Of a DNA stretch of 64,000 nt, positions 1 to 13,242 are shown one piece after another. This DNA comes from Lepidodermella squamata (taxonomy: Eukaryota; Animalia; Gastrotricha): assembly GCA_047495785.1 (NCBI GenBank), contig JBLDXI010000055.1, positions 992,001-1,056,000 of the forward strand, written 5' to 3'. The position numbers and the translations under genes are program-made. The notes beneath the pieces were generated by a model, which made no database searches, was not told where the DNA came from, and saw nothing but the letters and a program-made list of their open reading frames with translations. The first letter of the stretch is position 1; each line of letters starts with the position of its first letter.

Positions 1-1493
1 CCATTTAATCGCGGGAATGTCGCCGATTTAAACAAGAAACAATCTGTAACGTAACGCAGCGGATCGTCCAAATAGTACTCGACTACGACTGATTCCGCCG
101 GCGCGATGCATCTAAAAGCCGTGTAAGTCCACTCGCGACCTCGAACGCCGTTTGTATATATCCAGACAACATCTTTTCCCGGGTTCAACAATTCGAGCCA
201 ATCAAGATCATTTTCCAGCAAAGCTTGCGGATCGTCTTTGTTAACTTCCCTCGTAGATTCTATCTCTGTCTTCAGCGCATCTATCGATTCATATTGATCA
301 TTTTTGAAAATTTCCCAGATAACTTCGTCCTCTGGCCTTTTCCCATCCGAATCGACGCAGTTGAGCTGAATAGGGACTCGATCAGGAAATGCCAGCCTTC
401 TTCTGTGGTTCCCGTACGTAACCGCTCCTTCTGCGATAGTTCCAAGCGAGCCACAGCGCCACCATTCCAGTTCTTTAAAATCGATTTCATTCAAAGTGTA
501 CCGGCAACCATATTCACTAGCTACCCGGTCTTCATTCTCCGTAAGAAACACCGGATAACAGTTGACAGCTCGGCAATTCGTATTATTCAACTCAGCCGAT
601 ACGTCGAGTGATAGTTCTTTGCTAGGTTTGCGTTCAAACAATTTCTCAGCGACTTGATCGATTTTTTCCTCGAAGAGAATGACCTCGCTGTATTGAAATT
701 CACCCTGCTTTTCAATGGTAAGTTTGCCGGGCTTGATATCGTAAGGATTATGCATATCTTTCGCCATCAATGGGTAACTCTTACAGTCTGGATCTTTCGG
801 CGCGAAGACATGCATTTTAACTGAGGCAACCTCTGGGCTTTCGCTCATTGATCGAACCTGTAAATCCGCCTTGCTTGCCAATGTTTCTGCCTCACTTTGG
901 ACCGACTTCCTTTCAGTCAAAATACTGAACAGCATTATTGTTACAGCGTTTGGTTTGTAAATTGTCCAAGATGCAGGATGTTCATCGTAACCAGTCTTCA
1001 AAGTCTCAGGTGCAACTGTAGTTTGTGGAGTTGTCGTCGTTACGGGGGCCTTTGTTGCTGTCGGAACATCATAACCCAAAGGATCCCTATTCTTCGTCTT
1101 AGCGCAGTTGCCGCCAAAGCGTTGCATAAACGCAGCCGCGCCATCTGCGGCAAATTTCGGCATGAAGTTATCGTTGCTATGGATCTTCCAGTTGATGAAG
1201 CCAGTAAATTTCTCAATGCTTAAGCCGACTTGCTTATTGGTGGATCCCATATTAGGAACGCTAACCGTCAGATTGATTTCAAATGATGCGTCTGAGCCAT
1301 CTTTCGCCGCAAATGCAAATAGAATTGTCGATATCTTGAAATCAGCCTGATCCGGCAGATTTATTTCGAATTTCTTGGTATCATTGGCATCTTTGAACAG
1401 TACATGACCAAGTCCAAGTTGGCGAATTCCATTACTAGTCAGAACCAATTCGAACTGCAGGTAAACAAAAGCAAGAGCAATGACGATTGACAT
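1..1493 (-). CDS. Secreted/surface protein of unknown family, member A (3' end outside window)
   Basis: ATG at 1493; stop-free frame of ~497 codons to the window edge (absent from ORF track). Hydrophobic N-terminus MSIVIALAFVYLQFELVLTS. Motifs EWWRCGSLGTIAEGAVTYGNHRRRLA and FRCIA..EYYLDDPLRYVTDC align with 6716..8545. Confidence 0.85.
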   Translation of the reverse strand, partial: MSIVIALAFVYLQFELVLTSNGIRQLGLGHVLFKDANDTKKFEINLPDQADFKISTILFAFAAKDGSDASFEINLTVSVPNMGSTNKQVGLSIEKFTGFINWKIHSNDNFMPKFAADGAAAFMQRFGGNCAKTKNRDPLGYDVPTATKAPVTTTTPQTTVAPETLKTGYDEHPASWTIYKPNAVTIMLFSILTERKSVQSEAETLASKADLQVRSMSESPEVASVKMHVFAPKDPDCKSYPLMAKDMHNPYDIKPGKLTIEKQGEFQYSEVILFEEKIDQVAEKLFERKPSKELSLDVSAELNNTNCRAVNCYPVFLTENEDRVASEYGCRYTLNEIDFKELEWWRCGSLGTIAEGAVTYGNHRRRLAFPDRVPIQLNCVDSDGKRPEDEVIWEIFKNDQYESIDALKTEIESTREVNKDDPQALLENDLDWLELLNPGKDVVWIYTNGVRGREWTYTAFRCIAPAESVVVEYYLDDPLRYVTDCFLFKSATFPRLN

Positions 1494-1791
1494 TTCAATT
1501 TGAACGTAAACAAATTCAATATTTTTTTCGTTAAAATTAGCGTATTATATTTGAGGTGGAATTTTTACTACAAGAATTCTTTCAATTTCTGTTTACCCAG
1601 CAATTATCGATTACTGACAATTAAAAGGAGTTGAACACATTTCAGTTATTTTATTTTTTAATAAACATGACCTTGAAAACTCGTGATACAATCCAAAATG
1701 AAGCGAGAAAGTGAGAAAATCAAACGCGAGAAAAAAAAACCAGCTGTTTTGAAATCTCAGGTGCGAAATCTGTTGACGATTCGTATTTTCT

Positions 1792-2625
1792 TCAGACAGT
1801 TTTGACATTAATTGGATAAACTTGAGATGCGCCGCCGGTGGTTGAGACACTTTTACCAGACGATTGAGATCGAACCTCTTCCAAGCTCAGCTTTGATAAA
1901 AAAATTACAGTAAAAGCAATTTATGAAGTTGGTGATTTCTTACAAACCTTTGGCAAAACAGCTTCAACGCAAAGCAATCCTTCATTGGTAAGGCACGACT
2001 TGACGTCGACTTTGCCCAGGTCAATCTTGAGATCCTCTGGCAGGTAGACTCGTCGTGAATAGTGGCGCTTGATGTAGTGCTCCTTCGAGTCTTTGATCTC
2101 ATGGTTAGCTTCGACTTGAATACAGCGATTCTTCGTATCCACGCTGACATTGACCTCCTCCGGCTTGTACGATCGCAAGTCGAAATAAATGTTAAGCCAG
2201 CGATTGCCTTCGCCGTCCATACGGATCGGGTTCATTAGCGAGTAGTGTTCGATCATAGAGGCTGGGCGTGATGGTTGAAAGGTCAGCTCGGACGAAAAGC
2301 GGCGATCCAAGCTCCGGAAGGAACGCTCCATTTGACGCTGCAAGCTGTACCATTGCTGTTCGAACGACTGCATCATGCGGCCCATCTCGGCGCCGTAGTC
2401 GCCAGCTCCGGTGTAAGGGGTCATCATCGAACCGCCTACTCCCCCGTAAGGAGTCATTGGAGACGCGCCAGGGTAACCGCCCATAAACTGACTCATATCA
2501 CCACCGGTTGCCGTAGGTGATGGGAACCAAGGGTTCATCCAAGATGACATCGGGTTAGCCCAAGGCTGCGATCCACCTTGCGCTGTCGGGTAAGGATGTT
2601 GGCTACTGGACGGATATTGGCTCAT
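1792..2625 (-). CDS. Small heat shock protein (HSP20/alpha-crystallin) 1; exons 2625-1948, 1890-1792
   Basis: ACD FDLRSYKPEEVNVSV...SCLTNEGLLCVEA; GT..AAG intron after LPK; exon 2 ends VYPINVKTV (IxI/V-like motif); G/P/M/W-rich N-terminus. Confidence 0.92.
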
Positions 2626-3412
2626 TTTTGAGTTTCAAAAAGATGCTATATGTGCTATGATAACTCGATTGCGAGGCTAGTGGCCATTTTATACCAATCG
2701 CCAGATTTTCTGCTGCGCAATAGGACACAGGACACGGGTCCTATGAGCCAAGCTGTTTTCAAAACGAGATGTTTTTGACTCGGTGAAAAACAATCGCGAT
2801 GCAATTATAATTACGCGGAATTTTCAATGTGACAATTTCAAACCAATATTGCTTTTTACGCAGTATCTCATCTGTATCGCATGATAAAAATGGGCAGCAT
2901 TAAGACTGAACGCTCGTTGAAAAATTCCCTTTGATACTCGCAGCGGATTCCTGCTACGGAAAATTGTAGGCCGAAATAGAGCTTAGACTATGTTTTTGGT
3001 TCATTCTGCCTAACTCGGCCTAACAAATTGGACCTAATTTTTCGCAAAACTCGGTCCACCTATTTCCATCAATAGATCTTTTAACTCCAGTTCTGAACTT
3101 GATAAACAGAACTTGTAAGAAGGTGTTGCATGAGCCGTCTCGCCAATAAACAAATTGTTTCTATCATTCTTATTATAATTTGTTTTGCTTCAAATACGAA
3201 TTTTTTTGTAATTTTTCCTATTATTGAATTTTTTCCAACGGGAGCAACGCGCGTGGAAAAATGCAGGTTTCCGCTCACACGTGTTCGTTTTACGTAACAG
3301 CGGCGGCACACCTAATATAAACGCCGCACTTAATCTCAAATTTCATCAATCGCTTGAAAAGCAATTTCATAGCAACTTTATTCTCTCAATTATTTCTCAA
3401 TCTTCATAAATA

Positions 3413-4227
3413 ATGGCCTCTTGCCCTACTGGCTCCTGCGGCACCTCCTGCACCACCCCGTCGTGCGGCACTCGCAACTACGGCACCATGGCTCCCTGGG
3501 GAGGCTTCAACAACTACAACGGCCCCTTCGGCGGTAACTTCGGTGGCAACTTCGGCGGTTTCGGCGGCTTCGGTGGCTTCGACAACTCGATGACCCCGTT
3601 CGGCGGCAATTTCGGCGGCTTCGGCAACACCGGTGCCATGGCTCCTTTCGGCGGCAACACCTTCGACAGCTTCTTCAACCGCTCGCTCGGCAACTTCAAC
3701 AACGTGTTCAAGAACCTCGAGAAGACCTTCTCGTCGGAGCTGAACCTGCAGCCGTCGCGCCCGGCCTCGATGCTCGAGCACTACTCGCTGGCGAACCCGA
3801 TCCGCTACGACGCCGACGGCAACCGCGCCCTCAACTGCTACTTCGACCTGCGCTCGTTCAAGCCAGAGGAAGTCAACGTCACCCTGAACTCGAAGGAGCG
3901 CTGCCTGTGCGTCGAGGCCGTCCACGAGGTCAAGGACAAGGTACGATTCGAGTTGAATTGCTCTTTCACCTGATTATCAAAATTCGCGTTATTTAGGAAC
4001 ACTACATCAAGCGCCACTACTCGCGCAAGGTGTACATCCCGGAAGAGGTCAAGGCTGACCTGTCCAAGCTCGAGCTCAAGTCGTGCCTCACCAACGAGGG
4101 CCTGCTCTGCGTCGAGGCCCCGCTGCCCAAGCTCAGCCTCGAGGAGGCCCGCACTGCCTCGGCTGGCGGCAAGACCCTGTCCACCTTCGAGCCGGCCGTC
4201 TACAAGGTCGCCACCAAGACCATCTAA
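3413..4227 (+). CDS. Small heat shock protein 2; exons 3413-3940, 3997-4227
   Basis: ACD FDLRSFKPEEVNVTL..KDK|EHYIKRHYSRKV..EGLLCVEAPLP; GT-AG intron 3941-3996; TATA-like TATAAA near 3316; AATAAA near 4320; strong C/G third-position bias. Confidence 0.95.
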
Positions 4228-4363
4228 ATAACAAATGAAAGAACTTGCTGAAAAGACAATGACGTGAGAGTTGCGATTAAGGCTTCATTGAAATCTAACG
4301 CTATTCCACTGATTTTTTCAATAAAGAGTCTATCTTGCCCAAATCCGATTATTTTTTATTATA

Positions 4364-5518
4364 TCTATCTATATTACTAAACGACGAAGGTCCTCAACGG
4401 CTAAATTTGAATTTTCCTTTGTATTCGGCGGCATGCTTAAATAGTATACTTCTACTCACTGGGTAGCCAAGTGCTTAGTGTCATTAGATAGAGAATAAAA
4501 AACTACTCGAGCGAAAAATGCCAGATTTCGAATCCGTCAAATCCGCAGTGTCAAAAATGCCAAAAAACAAATAGAGCGCTTTCTGATTTTGAACGCAATT
4601 TAATTTAAAATACGAAAACATTTTTAAACTGTTAGTTAATTACTAAATCAAATTCTTATTAATTGAAATTTAAATATTTTCCATGGCGACGCGTTTGCGG
4701 GGAAATTCAAAAATTCCGGTCGCCGGGCGCCGCGTCGCCTGACCTTTGGGGTTCCATTATCTCAACCAAGGACACGTCCACGGGGTCGGGGCATGGCAAA
4801 TTCGTGCTCAGCATGGTCGAATTGATAATTACAGCATGAGAAAAGCAAATAAATCAAAAAAAAATTAATTATGTTGATCTCATGCATTGTCGTCACTATT
4901 CACAGGTACCATGATGGAAGACGCTCTAGATGTTACTCCTTGAGGGCGAATGGCGACTTTTAAAAGCTTTTACTACTGCTTTTCTATCTTAGATTTGTTG
5001 ATTTCGTAGAAATAGATGGTTAATTAGTGTTTTCACATCTCATGAACGTCCTTTGCAAGATGTTGGATGTTCATGTTACGCATCCCTTTTAGGTTTAACC
5101 TCACTCATCTATTGCAAGATCTTCGGAGACTGGCTCAGGTCTGTAGAGCATCTACCAAGATCATTTTATTAATGAATCAACTATGCTGAGTAAGAAAAAC
5201 AACAGTAAAACCTTCGGGGAGTAATCCATCACCTCAAGGACTGAACTAATTCGACTTAGCCATGTTACAAGTGTTCTTGCCTGTGCATGAATCAGATATG
5301 CTAACCCTTTCATATATTCACATTTCTATCTGGGCTTTCTAATCAAATCGACCATGTTGATGACGAATCTTAAGTGCGTTAACTTCAGGGACGTGTCTTT
5401 AGTTGAGATTTTAGAACCCATCAGTGTAGTCGACGCGGTTACCAGTGATCCGAAATTTGAGAAATTCCACGGTGGGTATACATTGGCGCCCGCTTAGCGG
5501 GCGCCTGTTATTTACTAG
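4364..5518 (+). mobile_element. Non-autonomous Helitron
   Basis: 5' A|TCTATCTATATTACTAAA; 3' GC hairpin GGCGCCCGC-TTA-GCGGGCGCC (5485-5505) followed by CTAG|T (5515-5519); no ORF; internal imperfect inverted repeat ~4699-4782 / ~5386-5470. Confidence 0.75.
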
Positions 5519-5665
5519 TTAAATTATATCTATTAAAAGGTTTGGCAATGAGATACTACGCGATAGCCTTATCATTATAGCCGCCTTTATCGCAACAAAT
5601 TCATTCATTCAAAAAATATTAGACCCTGAAGGCGTGAACAAATTTTCGTAGTAGTCAATATAACA

Positions 5666-6637
5666 ATGTCTGTCGACTCTTTCCGTGAATTTATTTCGGA
5701 AAATCACCCGATTTATAAGCCGGAAGCAAACAGATACATCCTGTATGTCTCTCAAATATGTCCATTCGTAAGACCTGCCTTAATTTTCCTATAATTTTAA
5801 ATTTTTTACGAAATTCAGGCTCAGCGTACCATGATTGCTAGAGCAATTAAGCAGCTAGAAAGCGTTGTTGGAGTGGTTTTTCTTAATTCAGCTTTTCATG
5901 AAACTGATGGATGGCTATTCGACCCGAAATTAGGCGAAGATCCAGTGATCAACGCGAAGCTCTTGAAAGAGATTTACTTCCTAAGCAAAGCTGACTACAA
6001 CGGCCGATTTTCCGTACCAGTGCTGTTCGACCTTCATACTAGAACAATTGTAAACAACGAATCAGCCGATATTGTTCGAATGTTCAACACGGCATTCAAC
6101 AGCATTTTGCCAGCTGGGAGCGTCAATTTATATCCGAACTCTTTAGCGAAGGAAATCGATGATACTATGGCTTGGATTCAGGACGGCATTGTGGCTCGAA
6201 TTTACAGTTGTGGCTATGCCAAATCCCAAGAAGAACACGAGACTCATTGCCGTAAAATTTTCGAAACGCTCGACCGAATGGAGCAGATACTATCGACCCA
6301 GCCGTTTCTCACAGGAACAGCTTTGACGGAGGTTGATGTCAAAATCTGGCCATGGGTAGCTAGATTCCCATGCGTTTACGAATACCTGTACAAAATGAAC
6401 ATGAAATCGCTGCGTAACAATCTAGACTACCCAAATTTGTCACAATGGCTGAGGGAAATTAACCAGATTCCTGGAGTTGCTGCAACTTTCGATGTCGATC
6501 AAGTTGTTACAGGAAATTTTACTGGTTATCCAGGGTTCACGGTCAATCCGTCTAAAATTGTACCAATCTACCGCGGGCCAGATTTAACGAAACCCGAAAA
6601 GAAAATTGGCATTGATTCAAGTTTCAAATTCGAATAA
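5666..6637 (+). CDS. Glutathionyl-hydroquinone reductase (Xi-class GST, YqjG/ECM4-like) 1; exons 5666-5767, 5819-6637
   Basis: FREFISENHPIYKPEANRYILYVSQICPF|AQRTMIAR, GRFSVPVLFD..TIVNNESADIVRMFN, DYPNLSQWLR, VNPSKIVP are hallmark YqjG/ECM4 motifs. Confidence 0.9.
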
Positions 6638-6715
6638 AAGATTGCTTTTTATTTCAAAAAATCTTCCTTAATATGTTGGGAAAAGCTTTCAAAGCCTCTT
6701 TACCTATTAGGCGAA

Positions 6716-8545
6716 ATGATGTTGGGGCTCATCCTAATCCTGATGAAAGTAACATGTTCGAAACAAGACATTTATGATAGGATAGATTTCGGGTATCTTC
6801 CTCTCAAAGGTTTCGGTTTTGTTGAACCTGTTTATCAGCCGAGTACAGATGAAGAAGTGTTCGAATTCGAATTCGAGATGCAAGATGAAGCGGTTGGAGT
6901 AGCAACTGTTCTCCTGAGTGTTGACGACTCAAAGCCAGTGTCACCGTCATCCCGCGGCCGGGAAGCTCACTTCAGTATTGACCTCGATGTTGAGCTTTAC
7001 CATAACGATTCTTTAATCACGCAAGGAGTGATTTATTGGTACGCTGGTGCGAAAACCTTCTTCAAACCATATTTCATGATTCAAGGCGCGCAACTGATTC
7101 AGTACGCCCTGCCTGGCTGTGGTGTTGATCCGACGACTGAAGAGAAGGTTGTTCGTGATAAGAACTGGATGACGATGGATACAACGGTGGGATTGAAAGT
7201 CATCCTTTTCAGCCTGCTCACCAACAAAGTGTCAATGCATTACGACGGCAGCGAAAATTCGCTACCTATTCAAGACATTTTTCACAAAGATGGGGATGAT
7301 TCGAAGGAATTTACGTTCTTTCCAGAGGAAGCGGGGTGTTGGCCATTCGCCAATATCTATGAAAAGGATAGTGAATTCACTATCCAACCAGTTAAGTTGA
7401 GAATTCGAAAGGTCGGCTCGTTTACCAGCGAAATTATGGCCTTTGAGGATGATATTAGCGATCTACGACAATTTTTCTTAGGTTATCCAGGCACTAACAC
7501 CTGGAGCCATATTTCTACAAATTTGATAAGCCGAGGTTGTTCGGGTGATTCCGAGTGCCGCCCGCGCCTGCTTCTATCAAAGGCTGGCGAGCGCTTTTTC
7601 ACCGAATATGCCTGTCAGAAGAGAATAAAGGACGGGGATAATGTGGTTATAGCCGAATGGTGGCATTGTGGCACGGGGACGATCGGAGAGCGAGGCAATA
7701 ACTACGGCAATATTCGGCGACGAATTGCCAAATTGGATGAGCTATTCACTCACACTCGCCTAGATTGTCCCAATTTAATTATTGACGACACTGAAATATA
7801 CGGAATATGGGAGTATTTTGACGTCAAATCAAGCGAATCAGGATGGCAGCCTATGTTGACCTCGTTGAAATTACTGCCGAAATTAACTATTCACGATAAG
7901 GAATCGAATGCAATCCTAATCCCTAGATCAGAAGGATCAATGTTCAATGTGCCGTATCGATGTGTTGATAGCGAAAAAACCCCACTAGCGCAGTACTTTA
8001 TCGAAGACCCGATGAAGTACGTCGAAGGCTGCCGGGTTGAAAATGCTTACATCGACCATACTTCATGGTTCAGTGCTGTTGTTTTCGATGCTCGGCAGGA
8101 AAACGCAGTACATATCACGTGCCGGCTGAGTGATGAATACGCTAGCAAATCAAAGCAGCCTACTGCTTTCGTAGCATTTTTCCCGGTTGATGACTTGTAT
8201 CCTCATATCAAAATCCAGTACACAATGAGGACAAGACCTGCAAATAATCCAGACTATTATTATCGTTTCGTGCGGTCATTTATCTCGGCCTATGTTATTA
8301 GTGATAAACCAGAAGAGCCGAGGCAGTGCTTCGACTTCGTCAACCCGTGGATGATGAGAATGCAATACACGGTGATATTTTGGAACGGCGCCGAAGTGGT
8401 CGCCTATGAGACTATGATATTATGTTCCTCGAATAGCTCTCGCGAGGACGAAAGAATTCGCATGTTGAGTGCATCGAGTAAGCTGAAATCTGCTCCAGAC
8501 CTAATAATTTTTGTGGCATCTCTATTTCTATTGCCAATGGCCTGA
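6716..8545 (+). CDS. Secreted/surface protein of unknown family, member B (609 aa; signal peptide, C-terminal hydrophobic tail, possible GPI anchor)
   Basis: Single long ORF; N-terminal MMLGLILILMKVTCS; C-terminal LIIFVASLFLLPMA; AATAAA at ~8568; homologous to 1..1493 and 26641..28341. Confidence 0.88.
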   Translation: MMLGLILILMKVTCSKQDIYDRIDFGYLPLKGFGFVEPVYQPSTDEEVFEFEFEMQDEAVGVATVLLSVDDSKPVSPSSRGREAHFSIDLDVELYHNDSLITQGVIYWYAGAKTFFKPYFMIQGAQLIQYALPGCGVDPTTEEKVVRDKNWMTMDTTVGLKVILFSLLTNKVSMHYDGSENSLPIQDIFHKDGDDSKEFTFFPEEAGCWPFANIYEKDSEFTIQPVKLRIRKVGSFTSEIMAFEDDISDLRQFFLGYPGTNTWSHISTNLISRGCSGDSECRPRLLLSKAGERFFTEYACQKRIKDGDNVVIAEWWHCGTGTIGERGNNYGNIRRRIAKLDELFTHTRLDCPNLIIDDTEIYGIWEYFDVKSSESGWQPMLTSLKLLPKLTIHDKESNAILIPRSEGSMFNVPYRCVDSEKTPLAQYFIEDPMKYVEGCRVENAYIDHTSWFSAVVFDARQENAVHITCRLSDEYASKSKQPTAFVAFFPVDDLYPHIKIQYTMRTRPANNPDYYYRFVRSFISAYVISDKPEEPRQCFDFVNPWMMRMQYTVIFWNGAEVVAYETMILCSSNSSREDERIRMLSASSKLKSAPDLIIFVASLFLLPMA

Positions 8546-10297
8546 TAGATATAAAATGAAAATTCCAATAAAAAGTCGGATTATAATTGGTCTTTCACCT
8601 TGACCTTCGAAATTCACATTGACGTTTGATGCCACCAACAGATTTGTTGAATAATGCATGAGACTTTCGTCTCATTTGCTTTAGCGCTATAATTAGTTGC
8701 ATCGCTATATACGCATCATTACGCGATTGATTTGCTCATCACGCTCATTTATAATTTACGATGAAGGATAATGCCACGCTTCGTGCGATGAAAATATACG
8801 CATGCGATGAAAATATATACCCACATTTTTTTCCCGCCATATCAAAAAATGACTTGCATAATTGAAATTCTATACAGAGCCGCTTTTTGCAGACAAATAT
8901 ATAGCAGAAAAAATGATACAACATAGTGCCGTGTTTTTTGTGCATAGATATTCGATAATTCCTGCATTCATCAGCGGGGAAATCTATTTTTTTGTACAAA
9001 TTTATCATTCAGCGTATCATCCTACGACCAGGTATGTTTTCAGAGCCGATCGATCATTAATTATCGCAAGTATATTCGGCATAATTTTCCTCTGTCGTTG
9101 CTAATCAATGTCGCCGCGGTTTTCTATATTCTCAAGCAAACACGCGTATAAATTAAAATTTTACAACGAATAAAAGCTTTTACGTATAGAGCAGGCGCGA
9201 GGCTATAAAACCACTTGAGATGCGCTTCAAGAGGTCGATTTTTTCGAACAATAGAAGCCACGCCGGCTGCGGCAGTCTGGAAAAACAATCTCACGCTCTC
9301 TCGCCTCTTTGTCGACAATCTAAAGCAGAGTGAGGGGGGCTAAGTCTATTATATATTTTCGCAAAAAATGCTAAAATCCGATTCAGCTCATCATTAACAT
9401 TATCAGGCGTGTTTTTTACGCAGCTGAATGCTATTATTTCTATAGCCGCGGCGTAAAATGTGCGAAAAAAGCGAACAGCTGGTGCCGAAAGTGTAAAAAA
9501 GCGAGAAGTGTATTCGGCTCTTTCTTCCCGCGCGAATGTGATATTAGTATCATGATTACATAATGGGTGTCTATATACCTCGTTTTGTTGTAGTATATAG
9601 TAAAAACATATTAGCCTTGACTTGATATTACACATGCACATGCGGTTTTTTATAAGGCAGCACGTGTGTTTGCACCTTTTGGCACCAGGTCATCGGCAAA
9701 TACATTTTTTATAGACTCACTTAATATAATAAGCGAATATACACTCGAGCGACGCGAGGCGTTCCGCTCTTTCATCATCGACGTATAGCGTAAAGAAAAA
9801 ACGATATAGCCCAAGTAACACGCACACACTCGTGTTGTCTATTCCGTGTTTTCTTTATAACATAGATGATGATAATAATATACCTTTAGTGTTTTTTATA
9901 CATACCTTTTGCTGGTTTTTTATCGTCATCAACTAGATCTCAAGAACTTGTATAGCACACTTCTACGACGTGTTTTTTACATGTCGATAATTTTTTCTTG
10001 TAGGGAAACAATAAAATATACTACAGTGTATATAGGTAGATGGCTTAGCCGATACAAGTTTTTCGGCGACAACGTGATACGGCTCGGTTTCAATTTTTTT
10101 CGGCCATCGAAACGTGTATAATTGAAGCGCGAATTTTATTGCCGTCACGTTTCACGCATCTTTGACCCCCACACATACGGCTGTGTATTTAATCAAGGGA
10201 CTGTTTCGTTTTGCTCGCTCTTTAATCAAACATATACTTTGTTTGACGCGCACTGGCAATAACACCGACGTCGACATCAACTTGAGGAATTGCTGAT

Positions 10298-11638
10298 ATG
10301 ACTTCATCGTTGACACGCCGCTACCTCGACGCCAGAGCTAGATCTCGCTCACCTAACTACTACTCGAAAGCTATGAACCGCAGCAGTGAATACGACCGTA
10401 TCGTCACTCAAATGTGCCGCCCGCCTCCGGGCTGGCCTTCCTCAGGCGGCGTCCCGCCCTTGTCTCGAAATGACACCTTTCGAAGCTCACTAAACCGCAG
10501 TTACACCTACGACGCGCCCACACCGCGTACCTGGCCTGAAGCCAATTACGAGCACCACCGCCTTGAAACTAGCACGTCGACAGAGCAGCCGAAAGTTGTG
10601 AAAGACGCCATTCAAAACTACACGAAAGGCGTTGAAACAGAGGTTGACAAAATGCACGATTATATGGACCACTTTGTCGACCGGATGGACCAATTGTGGG
10701 TCGAATCATTCGATCATGGCAAGAAATCCACGACGACTGCTGCTGGGGCGGCTGGTAGCTGTAGCAAAGGCGCCTCAGTGTCGGCGACTTGCAAAAATAA
10801 CATGGGTTCTAATTGCCAGCAGGCGAAGGTTGCGGATGAAACAACGCCGGCGCCGGAGCCAGTGCAAATGGTTGATGAAAATGGCCAGCGGCGTCTGGTA
10901 AGTAATAAAAAAAACTTGGTCATAAAAACCCAATTATTTACGGTCATTTAATCCCTCAAACACGTCTGGGATAATTAAGGAGGATTTTTGCTAAAAAATT
11001 TCATACATTTTTTTAGGTCTATTCGCTTGATTTGAGTGGCTTCAAGCCTGAGGAGATCAAGGTTAATCTGAATACGGACGATGGCGTTGTGACGATCGAA
11101 GCTTGCCACGAAGAGCGCGAAAAAGCCAAGTACTTCAAGCGGTTTTACTCACGCAAATTCACCGTACCGGAGGATATGCGTGTGTCAATTGCGAAACACA
11201 CTTTCAGGTCGTTCTTATCAGAACGCGGCACGCTGTCTATTGAAGCTCCTTTTCCAGACCAGGTTTGCTTGAATTTATAGCCAATTTAAAGTCACGAAAT
11301 GGGAACTTTGATCGATTTAAAGCTGCACATTTTTGCTAAATTTTGAGATTGATTTGTTGTTACTTTTCCAGGGTCAAGGAGCATCGAGCGGCGGCCGAAA
11401 TCAACCATCAGCTGGTTCTTGCACTAACAATAACAATAATAACCGGAACAGTAACGGGTCGTTGTACCGGCAGCGTTGTCTGCCCGACTACTACGACGAT
11501 GTTGTTAATGCCGGAGGTGCTAATCGATCAAGTTCGCCCGGCCGATCGCACTCACCGACGCGCAGTTGCAATCCAAGATGTAACGCCGCTACCCAGCAGC
11601 ATTGCAAAACATGCCGCTGTTCGTCTGACCGAAATTGA
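10298..11638 (+). CDS. Small heat shock protein 3 (divergent); exons 10298-10897, 11017-11262, 11372-11638
   Basis: ACD VYSLDLSGFKPEEIKVNL..IEACHEER..FYSRKFTVPE..LSERGTLSIEAP; phase-0 GT-AG introns; Asn run and Cys-rich C-terminal tail. Confidence 0.85.
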
Positions 11639-12183
11639 CGCGGCACAAAATACAGCCCGGTTGGATTTCTATTTCCATGTTTAAGCTGTTTTTATAAAAC
11701 ATAATCATTTAATAATGAGATAATAACAAATTTATCGCACCAGCGCAGCCTTGACCCGGTACAAATTTCCAACATCCCAATGCTTGTTTTCCTAATCATT
11801 CGATTTTATTACACAAAAAATTGCATAATATTTTTTATATTATTATTCCTGAAAAGAAAGGCGAACAAATGCAATCTGAAGTATTCGGTTAATATTTTTA
11901 TTTTTATTTTCTCTCGCGATTCTTCGGCTGATGCGTCTAGCTCTCTTACTTGTATTATATACTGCCATGATGTAACTCAATCGGATGAGACAGCATAGTA
12001 ATAACAACTTTTGATGTATGGGGAATATCGCTTTATTCGATTTTCTTCGTGGTTTTAATCTCCTGTTGCATGAATCTCTGTGTAAAATAAATGATCATTT
12101 GCGGTAGAAATTATTCAGATAAGACTCGATTTATAACAATAAAACGTGAAATTACGGAATCAAACACTGTTGCAAACACTTGT

Positions 12184-12199
12184 GGCCCTGAAAAGGGCC
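12184..12199 (-). terminator. Histone 3' stem-loop of H4
   Basis: GGCCCTTTTCAGGGCC on minus strand followed by ACAA. Confidence 0.95.
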
Positions 12200-12254
12200 G
12201 GTTAGTTGTCAAGAGCTGATGTTGAGAGCTGTTAGCGAACCTGCTGAGGACCGA

Positions 12255-13242
<988 letters not shown>

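Noticed and set aside
225-1350. Short ORFs listed in the track at the window start
   Set aside because: They overlap the real long minus-strand ORF 1-1493, which is homologous to 6716-8545.
3404-3925. 173-aa antisense ORF over sHSP2
   Set aside because: Shadow ORF caused by strong codon bias of the sense gene.
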